IMG/VR virus record: IMGVR_UViG_3300028591_000076
Location: 128,001 to 192,000 of that record
Origin: a virus
Lineage: Duplodnaviria > Caudoviricetes
DNA: 64,000 bases
Reading direction: 5' to 3' (one strand)
Made by a program: the position numbers and the translations under genes. Each line of letters starts with the position of its first letter. Positions within the stretch are counted from its first letter, which is position 1. Below, one piece after another: positions 1 to 9,590 of this stretch. Under the pieces are notes generated by a model. The model was given only the letters and a program-made list of their open reading frames with translations, made no database searches and was not told the origin of the DNA.

Positions 1-7
1 GCTGCCA

Positions 8-1111
8 TTACTTCCTGCCTTTTACCCAGCCGCTATCTAAATACTCTTGTAAATTTTCTTTTCTTATTCGCTTAATTTCAGAACTATTATGTACCCAGGC
101 CATAGCAGGCTGCTTAATTCCCTTTCTTGATGTTCCATATGTTCCGCGAGTCCAGCCATCAGAAAGATAACTATCTAATTCATCTAACTTAATTTCTTTT
201 ACTACACCATCTTTCTTTACATAACAAGAATTCTTACGGCGCTCAGATAACTTCTGCTTATACTCTTCAGTCTGCGCATAACCTTGTATATTTGAACGGC
301 CCCTAGACCAGCCCTGATTAGTATATTCTTCAAGTTCAGACTCTTGTATCATCTTTGTATCTACGCCATTTGTAATCCAAATACCCGTTGAGCCATGTGC
401 AATTCCCGTATTAGCATCTATAATACGTTTTGCATACTCTGGGTCTTCCCATCTTTTTGCAACATTTAGCGCACGCTGTTTTTTATATTCTTCTTTTTTT
501 AGTTTTAAGTATTCTTCAGCATGTGCTTCACAGCATGCAAAAGAAGTTTCGCTATTAGCTTGATGACATATTGGGCAGTCTTTAATTTGTGAATATCCTA
601 TCCAGCTACCTTGACCTAAATTTCTTTCAAGTATTCTTACTGGTTTCTGAGTAGCTTTTTGAACCCAAATTCTTTTAGCGTTCATTTTAAGTGTGCCATC
701 CTTAAATGACTTACCAGCATTAACACCCTTTTCTAATTTTTTATTTTCTAAAAATTTTATTTTTAAATCGGCAGATATTTTTTGAGCTTCTTCATCTTTT
801 AGCCATTCTTCTAACTTAATCTTTTTCCAATTAGAAAATTTACTTTTACCATGGCATACTAGCCATGCTGCTTGTATATTCGCAACATAACCCTGATGAT
901 TTTTATTCTGTTCACATTCTAATGCGAGTAAATAATGTGCATAAACATGTTCACCAATAGTAAGTAATACTAAATTATTTTTATCATCAGTACCACCCAT
1001 ATTTTTAGGTATTATATGATGAAGCTCATAATATATACTTCCACCTTTTTGTCTAAACTCTTTTTGAGCATTATTAATTAAATCATTATAAGTCTTAAAA
1101 TCTAACAGCAT
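8..1111 (-). CDS. Free-standing HNH homing endonuclease (MobE-like) with C-terminal repeated DNA-binding motifs
   Basis: ELHHIIPK..GG.D...NLV.LT..EH..AH.LL HNH motif; three repeats of W/Y-(I/V)-x-N/K-G...I...L..Y...GW.(R/K)G; SD AAGGAG upstream. Confidence 0.8.
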   Translation of the reverse strand: MLLDFKTYNDLINNAQKEFRQKGGSIYYELHHIIPKNMGGTDDKNNLVLLTIGEHVYAHYLLALECEQNKNHQGYVANIQAAWLVCHGKSKFSNWKKIKLEEWLKDEEAQKISADLKIKFLENKKLEKGVNAGKSFKDGTLKMNAKRIWVQKATQKPVRILERNLGQGSWIGYSQIKDCPICHQANSETSFACCEAHAEEYLKLKKEEYKKQRALNVAKRWEDPEYAKRIIDANTGIAHGSTGIWITNGVDTKMIQESELEEYTNQGWSRGRSNIQGYAQTEEYKQKLSERRKNSCYVKKDGVVKEIKLDELDSYLSDGWTRGTYGTSRKGIKQPAMAWVHNSSEIKRIRKENLQEYLDSGWVKGRK

Positions 1112-1138
1112 ATACTTCTCCTTTTATTTTAAAATAAA

Positions 1139-1173
1139 AATAACCGCTAACTTATATTAAATTAGCGGTTATT
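1139..1173 (-). terminator. Intrinsic terminator after the tail sheath gene, containing a CTAATT motif
   Basis: Inverted repeat AATAACCGCTAA/TTAGCGGTTATT followed by a T-rich tract on the minus strand. Confidence 0.65.
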
Positions 1174-1224
1174 ATGAAAAAGTAAAGTATACTTTTTAGT
1201 TTTTTAAGGTGGCTTCTAGGCCAC

Positions 1225-3987
1225 TTATTCTTGGCTTAGGTTCTCAAAAATTAAGAGTACAGTTTCACTATATACATATACCTTACAAGTAACCTTGATA
1301 ACGAACTGGCGTTTAGCCATAGTTGTAGGTGTATTCTGACCAGTGATATCAACAGAAGCTGTTGCCCAAATTGGGTCAGGTCCTGTGGTACGTTTGTCAA
1401 GAATAGCTTGTACTTGTTTTGTACGCATATCCATATAGTATGGGCTAATTCTCTTGAATACCTGCTGAGTCATGACTTTATCACGAATTTCGCGTTTACA
1501 AAGGTCAAATGACATAGAGTGTCCAAGGTAAGACCAGTCTGTAACGGTAGCAGGGTCTTGAGTAGATTTCTGAGACTGAATCATAAGACCATAATCTGCA
1601 TCATAAGTAATAGCACAAAGTCCTTTTTCATCGAGGATTTGAAGTGCTTCGTCAGTAAACTGCCATTTAGCTGAAAGAACGCTTCTAGCTAAGCATCCGC
1701 CGAGTCCTGCTGAGTCGTTTGTACCAGCTGGCGCGATACCACCAAGTTTCTTATCCATAATACGAGCGAGCTGAAGGCCAACATCACCGATAGGCTGGCA
1801 GTAGTAATATTTACCAGTATAAGTATCATACTTTCTGAATTCACCGATATACTGAGCAGTACCTTTTGAACGTCCAGAAACTGTAATTGTTTTTGGATTT
1901 GCAAGTTGTGCTTTTGTAATAATCTTTGGTGATATAATTGTTGATGTATCGTGATATACAACACGTAAGCTCATAAGAAGAGATTTGAAATCTTCGTAAC
2001 CCGTAAGTTCCATGAATACTAATGCGTCATCATAAACAGGGTTTTGAGCTTCAATAAGGCCGTCTTTTACAATCTGGTAATATTCATCTCTCCAAGCAGA
2101 ACCAAGAACGCCGTCTTTCTGGTTTTTCTCATTAACGTATGTACAGTATCTTTGACCTTTAAGGTAGTTTGTATAAACATCTTTTGCAGGTCCAATTGGG
2201 TCAACAATTTTTGTACCAGTATAGAAACCTTGGTCATTGATAGCTTTAAGGTCATCAAATGTTGCTTCAGGAACGACTTCCATGAATGTAACAGTTTCTT
2301 CTGGAAGAATATTTGGCCAGTAGATATTTGAACCATATGAGTCAACGCCTGTTTCAGAAAGAGAACCAGTAAATTCACCACCAGAAGTATATTCTCCCGG
2401 AATTACGACTTCTTTACAAGATATTGTAAGTGTATTGTAATTAACGTCTTTCTTTAATGGGTATTTAGGGTCATCTTCTTTACACTGAACAAATTTATGT
2501 CCAGACATACCTTTTACAGAAGCTGAAACAACTTCGTATACGTTGTAAATAAAGTCTTCAATGCCAACTGCTTTAACAGATGTAGTATCTTTAGAATCAG
2601 TAATTCTGCTATTGATATAGAATCTCTGAGTTAAGTAAGACGATGTAACATCAGTAAGAACCTGAGTTGTTGTATCAAGCTTAAAAATACCAAATTTATT
2701 TACGTCGCTATCATGAACTATTACTAATCCGTCTGTATTACCCTGAATAATTGCGCTTGCCCAGCCTTCAGCTAGTGTAAATCCGTTGATATTCTTCATA
2801 GTTGGAATATCAGTTTTTGTGCCTTCTGCAGTAGCGGAGCCCCTTAATGTAGCAATATCTACCCAAGCACAGGACTGGTCATACTTCCATTTATCGTATC
2901 CAATATTAGAAATAGAAACATATGTTGGTGTTTCATTAGGTGACTTCTGATGAACACGAGCAAATGTAATATTCTTAATATTTACACGCCACTGAATTCT
3001 GTTATTTCCAAGTCCATAGAACGCTTCAAAATCACCGATACTTACATCTTCATCAGTTGCAATACTAAACTCTGCTGACTTACCATCAAAAAGTATAGTC
3101 TTAATAGTATCTTCTGCAGCATCAGCTGTGATTACATCGCCATTATTTACCTTGAATGCTCTAAACTCGCCTGTTTCAGTTTTTAATTTAGAGTAATCAA
3201 AAAGATTTTCAAATGTAATATAAGGAGCAGCAGCAGATGTTGTATTATTTGCTGTCTTATCCTTTTCATATCCTTTACCAGTTACGTCAGTTTCACCAAT
3301 ATAAATGGTATATGTACCATCTGACTCTAACTTGTATTCGCCACAGTAGTAATCTTTAATTTCACCATCATCTGGGTCTACATAGTAGAGAACACCCTTT
3401 GTTGCAGAGCCTGATAATGAGTATGTATAAGTGCCAGCATCATGACCATTAGCAACATCATCGCCCCAGTAGTTAAATCTAAGGTAATTTGTTCTAGCAA
3501 ATAATGTAGCACTGAATCCTTCAATTTTAATACAGCCCTGAGTTTTACCTTTATCAGATAATTTAATGATATCTACATAAGCGTTGCCTACGTTATCGCC
3601 CCAAGCGCCGTCTTCACCACCGGCTGAAATACATACTTCAAAAGATGGGTCTTTATCATCTGATACTTCCCAATAATCGAAAGGACCGTGAGTTGTAAGA
3701 TAAACACCACCATAATATGAAGGGTGGTCAACGCCTGTTCCTGGAGGCGCAGAAATATATAAGCCATATTCCTGGTTAAATGCTACAGCTTCATAAATAT
3801 CTATCCAGTTAGCTGTTGGAAGACCAATCATTGCATTTATGGCCTTTTCATTACCATAAGGGAAGTACATAGCTTCTGTTGTACCCTTAGGCGCTCTACA
3901 GACCATATATCCCTTAATTGGAGCTTCTGTAGTATTTATTGTGTAAGAACCGTCAATGTCAATAAATTGGAGACGAAAACTTTTCAT
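1225..3987 (-). CDS. Contractile tail sheath protein, large with inserted domains
   Basis: C-terminal sheath-type pattern (APAG...GG, QKSTQ, ...KRQFVIKVTCKVY..SETVLL.FEN); N-terminus F.DIDGS...; highly expressed codon style; SD GGAG. Confidence 0.75.
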   Translation of the reverse strand: MKSFRLQFIDIDGSYTINTTEAPIKGYMVCRAPKGTTEAMYFPYGNEKAINAMIGLPTANWIDIYEAVAFNQEYGLYISAPPGTGVDHPSYYGGVYLTTHGPFDYWEVSDDKDPSFEVCISAGGEDGAWGDNVGNAYVDIIKLSDKGKTQGCIKIEGFSATLFARTNYLRFNYWGDDVANGHDAGTYTYSLSGSATKGVLYYVDPDDGEIKDYYCGEYKLESDGTYTIYIGETDVTGKGYEKDKTANNTTSAAAPYITFENLFDYSKLKTETGEFRAFKVNNGDVITADAAEDTIKTILFDGKSAEFSIATDEDVSIGDFEAFYGLGNNRIQWRVNIKNITFARVHQKSPNETPTYVSISNIGYDKWKYDQSCAWVDIATLRGSATAEGTKTDIPTMKNINGFTLAEGWASAIIQGNTDGLVIVHDSDVNKFGIFKLDTTTQVLTDVTSSYLTQRFYINSRITDSKDTTSVKAVGIEDFIYNVYEVVSASVKGMSGHKFVQCKEDDPKYPLKKDVNYNTLTISCKEVVIPGEYTSGGEFTGSLSETGVDSYGSNIYWPNILPEETVTFMEVVPEATFDDLKAINDQGFYTGTKIVDPIGPAKDVYTNYLKGQRYCTYVNEKNQKDGVLGSAWRDEYYQIVKDGLIEAQNPVYDDALVFMELTGYEDFKSLLMSLRVVYHDTSTIISPKIITKAQLANPKTITVSGRSKGTAQYIGEFRKYDTYTGKYYYCQPIGDVGLQLARIMDKKLGGIAPAGTNDSAGLGGCLARSVLSAKWQFTDEALQILDEKGLCAITYDADYGLMIQSQKSTQDPATVTDWSYLGHSMSFDLCKREIRDKVMTQQVFKRISPYYMDMRTKQVQAILDKRTTGPDPIWATASVDITGQNTPTTMAKRQFVIKVTCKVYVYSETVLLIFENLSQE

Positions 3988-4086
3988 GTATTTTAAACTC
4001 CTTTAATATATAGAAGATATTTTATACCTTTACAAATTAGTTTATGTTTTCTAAAAAGATAATATATAATATGAAAAATTAGTGGT

Positions 4087-5754
4087 ATGATAGTAAATAG
4101 TATAGAGCAATATAACTTATTAAAAGCAGATACAGTTTTTACTTTTGTATGTAATTCTTGTAATAATACTTTTGAGAAGCGTAAACGACGAGGAAAAAGG
4201 GGCGAAACTTTTAATTTTCTCTGCCAGAATTGTGGTAGAAAAATGACCAATATAAAAAGGTATGGCGCTGAAAACGTATTTGCGTCTGATAGTATCAAGT
4301 CGAAAATAAAAGAAACATGCTTAGAAAAATATGGCGTTGAAAATCCTATGTTTTCTGAACAAATAAAAGATAGGTCTAAGGAAACTTGTTTAAAAAAATA
4401 TAATGTTGCTTACAGTTTCCAGTCTGATAATAATAAAGAAAAGTCTAAAGAAACCCTTTTAGAAAAATATGGAGTTGACCATCCATCAAAGAATAAAGAA
4501 ATTAAAAAGAAAATGGTAGAGTCTTGGTTAAAAACAAAAGAAGAAACACAAGAAAAAATAGAAAAAACTTGTTTAGAAAAATATGGTGTATCTAGGCCTA
4601 TGCAAAATTATAATGTACAATTAAAAGCCAAGAAAAAATATACATATGATAATCTTCAATTTGACTCAAGCTGGGAACTAGCTTTATATATTTATTGTAT
4701 TGATAATAATATAGATTTTGAATATCATCCAAATATTAGTTTTAAATATAAATATAATGATATTGAATATTCTTATTTTCCGGATTTCAAGATAGAAAAT
4801 GATTTTATAGAAATAAAGGGCTTACAGTTTTTTGAAAATAAAGATGTTAATGGAAAAATGATAAATCCATTTGATAGAAGCCTAGATGATAAATTTGAAG
4901 CAAAACATCAGTGTATGATAGAGCATAATGTTAAAATTATTACAGACTGCTCTAAGTATATAAATTATGTAAATAAAAAATATACTTCTGATTTTTTAGG
5001 ACTATTTGAAAATGGCCTCGATTTTCCGTATTTAAATCAAGATTTAAGCGATAAATCCGATATGGGCCTTATTCATCATTTTCATAAATCTATATATATT
5101 GCGTCTAGAAATGGCAAAATTTCCCCGTTAGACGCATGGCAAGATAAAAATATAATTAAAAAAATTGCGCTTAATAGATTAAAATATGTAGGTCATTGTA
5201 GACCATCAGATATTCTACAGGGATTTAATGTAACTAGAATAGCAAATAAAGTATCTGTATTTAACCCGAAACTAGCAGAAAACCTTATTAAGAAATATAT
5301 ACCTAATGCAGATATTATTATTGACCCATTTTCAGGATTTAGCGGAAGAATGTTGGGGTCATATAATTGTGATATACACTATATTGGATGGGATATAAAT
5401 GAGGACCATGTTAGAGAGTCTAATGAAATCGTAGACTATAAATTGATAGGTGATATGTGTGATATAAAAATACAAGATTTAATTACATTTGGGGGTAAGG
5501 ACTGGTCCGTACTTAAAGACGTATGTTTATTTACATGTCCGCCATATGGTGGAAAAGAACATTGGAATAAGAATAATGATGAAATAGAAAAGTCTTGTGA
5601 TGAATGGATAGACTTATGTTTAGAAAAGCATAGGGGATGTATAAAATATTTATTTGTAGTTGATGAAACTGAAAAGTATAAAGATAAAATTGTAGAAACA
5701 ATAACGAATAAAAGTCACTTTGGCTCAAATAATGAATATGTTATAGTTATCTAA
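4087..5754 (+). CDS. Homing-endonuclease-like protein: KETCLEKYGV repeats + PD-(D/E)XK nuclease + C-terminal amino-DNA methyltransferase
   Basis: CxxC pairs; ~24-aa repeats; FDSSWE...YFPDF...IEIKG; DPFSGFSG (motif I) and FTCPPY (motif IV). Confidence 0.75.
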   Translation: MIVNSIEQYNLLKADTVFTFVCNSCNNTFEKRKRRGKRGETFNFLCQNCGRKMTNIKRYGAENVFASDSIKSKIKETCLEKYGVENPMFSEQIKDRSKETCLKKYNVAYSFQSDNNKEKSKETLLEKYGVDHPSKNKEIKKKMVESWLKTKEETQEKIEKTCLEKYGVSRPMQNYNVQLKAKKKYTYDNLQFDSSWELALYIYCIDNNIDFEYHPNISFKYKYNDIEYSYFPDFKIENDFIEIKGLQFFENKDVNGKMINPFDRSLDDKFEAKHQCMIEHNVKIITDCSKYINYVNKKYTSDFLGLFENGLDFPYLNQDLSDKSDMGLIHHFHKSIYIASRNGKISPLDAWQDKNIIKKIALNRLKYVGHCRPSDILQGFNVTRIANKVSVFNPKLAENLIKKYIPNADIIIDPFSGFSGRMLGSYNCDIHYIGWDINEDHVRESNEIVDYKLIGDMCDIKIQDLITFGGKDWSVLKDVCLFTCPPYGGKEHWNKNNDEIEKSCDEWIDLCLEKHRGCIKYLFVVDETEKYKDKIVETITNKSHFGSNNEYVIVI

Positions 5755-5784
5755 AAAATAAGCGCCTAATATTAGGCGCTTTTA
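5755..5784. terminator. Bidirectional intrinsic terminator
   Basis: AAGCGCCTAA-ta-TTAGGCGCTT flanked by A and T runs between convergent genes. Confidence 0.75.
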
Positions 5785-5825
5785 ATTTAATTTCTTAATT
5801 CATATATAACTAGGTTAAAATATTT

Positions 5826-6113
5826 TTATACATCTAACTCTGGTTTTTCTGATAGAATATTAGGAAGTTTATAATAAGCATAAGGTTTATAGCCCCATTG
5901 TGTTTCTATATTTGCTTCCTTTTCACAATTTTCATCATAATAAAATCCTATACGCTTTTCATTTTTAGGCTTTAACCAGTCATCACCATCTACCCAAAAA
6001 TATGCTATCATAAAGTAGCTATTACCATTATAATGATATTTTATCAGATATTGTCCAGTTTCTTTAGGATATGTTGAAATATCCCCTGCTCGCATATTTG
6101 TAAAATTAATCAT
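5826..6113 (-). CDS. Hypothetical phage protein
   Basis: 95-aa ORF overlapping the upstream stop; SD GGAGG. Confidence 0.6.
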   Translation of the reverse strand: MINFTNMRAGDISTYPKETGQYLIKYHYNGNSYFMIAYFWVDGDDWLKPKNEKRIGFYYDENCEKEANIETQWGYKPYAYYKLPNILSEKPELDV

Positions 6114-6501
6114 TAAAATAATCCTCCGCTAATTTTTCATCTGACATTACTACATAATTTTCTAAAAAAGCATCTCTATGATGAATAGTTTGCTTTATTG
6201 TATTTTCATCATATTCTGACCAGCTTTTTATAGCTTCTAATAATGTATAGACTCTATCAATATTATTATTTGCTAAATATTCTACTGCATTATTTAGGTT
6301 ATCAAATGTGATAAGTTTATATGCATACTCACTAAGCATATTATCTAAAGAATGTGTGGTATTATCAAAATATTTATCTACTAATCTAATTTTTCTTATT
6401 TTATTATCTAGCCCAAAATATACTTTATATAAAAAATCTCGTCGTAATGAGATTCTAACAAAAAATGAGTCAATAGATTTTTTAAAGCATATAATTTTCA
6501 T
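6106..6501 (-). CDS. Hypothetical protein
   Basis: 131-aa ORF co-oriented and coupled to 5826..6113. Confidence 0.55.
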   Translation of the reverse strand: MKIICFKKSIDSFFVRISLRRDFLYKVYFGLDNKIRKIRLVDKYFDNTTHSLDNMLSEYAYKLITFDNLNNAVEYLANNNIDRVYTLLEAIKSWSEYDENTIKQTIHHRDAFLENYVVMSDEKLAEDYFND

Positions 6502-6567
6502 AAATTATATATTAGTAATTTTATATATTTTTTTGTTAATCTACATATTATTCATAAGGAGTTAACT

Positions 6568-8490
6568 ATGGCAAAATTTAGTACACTTACACATAATGGC
6601 CCAATATTTCCACCAGAATATGAAGTAAAGGGATTTAAGTTAGCAAATGAAGAGCTTTCGCCACTTGCGGAAGAAATGATGTGGCATTATGCTGCTAAGC
6701 GTGATACTGATTATGTAAAAATTGAAAGATTTAATAAAAACTTTTATAGTTGTCTTAAGCCGGAGCTTACAGCAAATCAGCAGCTTCTCGAATTTCCTAA
6801 GGACTATAAAAAGCTTATTGATGATATGTTTAATAAAAATCAGCAGATTAAGGAACAAAAAGCAAATTCAGCAGTAAAAAAAGTAACAAAGAAAGAATGG
6901 AAACTCGCAGAAGAAGATGCATCTCTTAAAAAGAGACTCGAAGCTCGCCAGAAAAAATATGATGAAGCAGACGCAGAAAAAACTGCAATGAAAGAAAAGT
7001 ATGGGTTTGCTTTTAAGGATGGCAAAAAAGAGCCTCTTGGCAGTTTTATGATTGAGCCTCCGGGAATTATTATGACTCGTGGCGATTCGTCTATTCTTGG
7101 TATGTGGAAATATCGTACTGTACCAGAAGATGTAATTATTAACTTTATTCCACTTCCAGAAAAAGAATGGGATGCTCTTCCAAAATCTTATCAGGATGTT
7201 GTTCTTGGTAAAGCTGAAATGAATACACTTTTACCTGAAGATCAGGAAAAACTTAAGGAGATGAAAATTCCATTTGCTCCAAGAGCTCCGGAAGGTCATA
7301 ATTGGAAAAAAGTAGTTTCTGATAATAATTCTTGTCAGACCGTAATGTATTTTGTTCAGGTTGGACGTCCAGAATTTGGTATCAGCCCGCGCTATAAAAG
7401 AATTATTTTCGCTGCTAAGTCTGATACTAAAAAAGAAAAAGATATGCTTAAATTTGAAAAAGCAAGAAAGCTTGTTCAGATGTGGCCAGATATGGAAAAG
7501 CATATTATGAAAGGTATGGTTTCAACTGATGCAAAACGTCAAGAAGCTGCAACTATCGCGTCTCTTATTAAAACGACTGGTATTCGTGTAGGCAATGAAA
7601 AAGATGAATCAGCCGGATATGCAGAAACAGTTGGTGCATCTACTCTTGAAGTAGGTAATATTGAACTTATTGCTGATTACAAAGTGAAGCTTGACTTTAT
7701 GGGTAAGGACTCAGTTCACTATGAAAATACTGTTCAGCTTGACCAGCTTACTTATAATGCGCTTAAAAAAATTATTGGAAATCGTTCAAAAGACGAGCTG
7801 GTATTTAAGAATGCTTCATCAAACGATGTTGCGGCATTCTTGAAAGAGTTTATGCCAGAATGTTCACCTAAACTTTTCCGTTCAGCTTATGGATGTAAAC
7901 TTATTTCAGAAGAACTCCATAAGGCAGAAAAAGATGGAAAACTTACGAAGGCTATGCCAACTTCAAAGAAAATTGCAGTTTATGATAATGCTAATCTTGA
8001 AGTTGCTAAAAAATTAAATCATCAGCGTGCGCTTCCTAAGAACTTTGATGCTCAAATGGAAAAGCTTGATAAGCAAATTGAAGATGCTATTAAGAAAGAA
8101 GCAGAAGTAAAAGCTAAAGCTGAAGCAGAACTTAAGAAAGTCTTAGAGCAGGCTAAACTTGCTAAGAAAGAATGGGAAGGTGAAAAGCTTACAGCAGCGC
8201 TTGAAAGGATTAAAGAGCGTAAAGATAAAATTACCGCTAAAGTAGAAAAGTCGGAAGAAAAGATTGAAAAGCTTAAAGATAAGCGCGAAATGAAAGATAA
8301 AGCAAAAAACTATTCTCTCACCACATCCCGTACTGCTTATTCTACACCAGCTCTTGCGGTAGCTTTCTGTAAAAAGTTTGATATTGATATTTCAAATATC
8401 TATTCTAAGTCGCTTCAGGAAAAATTCAATTGGGCAATGGATACTCCAGAAAGTTATTATGATAATTTCCCTAAAGAAGCTAAAAAATAA
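6568..8490 (+). CDS. DNA topoisomerase IB, long eukaryotic/thaumarchaeal type
   Basis: LTHNGPIFPPEY, IEPPG, KFEKAR, IRVGNEKD..AETVG, DFMGKDS, KLFRS, ANLEVA..LNHQR, coiled-coil linker, TSRTAY; catalytic R-K-R-H-Y set present; SD AAGGAG. Confidence 0.9.
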   Translation: MAKFSTLTHNGPIFPPEYEVKGFKLANEELSPLAEEMMWHYAAKRDTDYVKIERFNKNFYSCLKPELTANQQLLEFPKDYKKLIDDMFNKNQQIKEQKANSAVKKVTKKEWKLAEEDASLKKRLEARQKKYDEADAEKTAMKEKYGFAFKDGKKEPLGSFMIEPPGIIMTRGDSSILGMWKYRTVPEDVIINFIPLPEKEWDALPKSYQDVVLGKAEMNTLLPEDQEKLKEMKIPFAPRAPEGHNWKKVVSDNNSCQTVMYFVQVGRPEFGISPRYKRIIFAAKSDTKKEKDMLKFEKARKLVQMWPDMEKHIMKGMVSTDAKRQEAATIASLIKTTGIRVGNEKDESAGYAETVGASTLEVGNIELIADYKVKLDFMGKDSVHYENTVQLDQLTYNALKKIIGNRSKDELVFKNASSNDVAAFLKEFMPECSPKLFRSAYGCKLISEELHKAEKDGKLTKAMPTSKKIAVYDNANLEVAKKLNHQRALPKNFDAQMEKLDKQIEDAIKKEAEVKAKAEAELKKVLEQAKLAKKEWEGEKLTAALERIKERKDKITAKVEKSEEKIEKLKDKREMKDKAKNYSLTTSRTAYSTPALAVAFCKKFDIDISNIYSKSLQEKFNWAMDTPESYYDNFPKEAKK

Positions 8491-8569
8491 AAATCAGGGC
8501 TCATTTTGAGCCCTATAAATAATGAAAAAGCTTCATACTAGAGATTTTGGATATAATAGGAATTAAATT

Positions 8570-8935
8570 ATGAGTGATGTTGTTAGGGATATTTATAAAG
8601 AACTTGGGAATAAAATGCCTAAAAAAATTTATAAAAAATATTGTTTTTGTAAATGCAAGGGACCAAATTTTGGTTCCTGTAATAACTGTGGAAATGATAA
8701 TAATGATATGATTTTTTGTCCCGTGTTTATTTTAGCTATAATTGGCATATTAGCTGTAATAGGATTTGCTATATCTATAACTTCGAGTAACTTTAGCTAC
8801 TTTATTAAGATATTTATTATACCTTCTACTATATTTATTGCCGGACATTTTATAATAGGATTTTTACGATATAAGATAAGAAATATTAAGAAGTTTAATG
8901 ATTGTTATTCGGATTATATAAGCCATGAAAACTAA
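8570..8935 (+). CDS. Hypothetical membrane protein
   Basis: Cys-rich N-terminus followed by two hydrophobic segments. Confidence 0.5.
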   Translation: MSDVVRDIYKELGNKMPKKIYKKYCFCKCKGPNFGSCNNCGNDNNDMIFCPVFILAIIGILAVIGFAISITSSNFSYFIKIFIIPSTIFIAGHFIIGFLRYKIRNIKKFNDCYSDYISHEN

Positions 8936-9563
8936 TGAAATATCGAGTTTATTAAAAAAATATCCTTTTCTTATAATAAAAGACTATAATGGTAAATCTG
9001 CCTATTCAAAAAAAGATTTACTAGACCATAATTATTATACATATTGGGATAATACTGGCTGGTCGAATATTTGGAAAGATTTTTTACATAGTGTATTTGT
9101 TATTTATGATAGTTTAAATGACCATGATAAAAGTTTAATAAATATTTGGGAAACAAAAGAAAAATATGGCTATTTAAGAGTTGATTTAACATATCCATCT
9201 AGTATTAGTAAGAGCGAAGAATTGGATGACTTAATTAACCAGCTAGAATTATTATCTAGCGTGACTTGTGTTAATTGTGGTAAAATACCTAAAAATAGTA
9301 AAGGTCAGTCTATTATTTGGCGAACACGTGGATGGATAGCGCCTTTTTGTAAGAAATGTGCTAGAAATCAAATGATAGAATCTGGTTATACTAAGTCTGA
9401 AATAAAAGCAAAATTAAAAGCAATTAGGGAAGTTAGTCCTTTATTTATAATAAAATCAAGCTCTTTATCAGTATCTACAGAAAAACAATATGTTTTAAGT
9501 AATAATAAGCTTAAATTAAAAAAGAAAATTATAACAGAAATAGCACAAGTAAACAAAGAATAA
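8925..9563 (+). CDS. Conserved phage hypothetical protein (KEKYG.LR / CxxCG family)
   Basis: ETKEKYGYLRV...S..TCVNCG...CKKC. Confidence 0.55.
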   Translation: MKTNEISSLLKKYPFLIIKDYNGKSAYSKKDLLDHNYYTYWDNTGWSNIWKDFLHSVFVIYDSLNDHDKSLINIWETKEKYGYLRVDLTYPSSISKSEELDDLINQLELLSSVTCVNCGKIPKNSKGQSIIWRTRGWIAPFCKKCARNQMIESGYTKSEIKAKLKAIREVSPLFIIKSSSLSVSTEKQYVLSNNKLKLKKKIITEIAQVNKE

Positions 9564-9590
9564 GCAAATATATAATATTAGGAGTTTAAA

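Noticed and set aside
1225-3987. Intein explaining the large sheath (also considered for DHFR and the helicases)
   Set aside because: No C/S...HN-C/S/T splice-junction pattern or LAGLIDADG blocks were seen.
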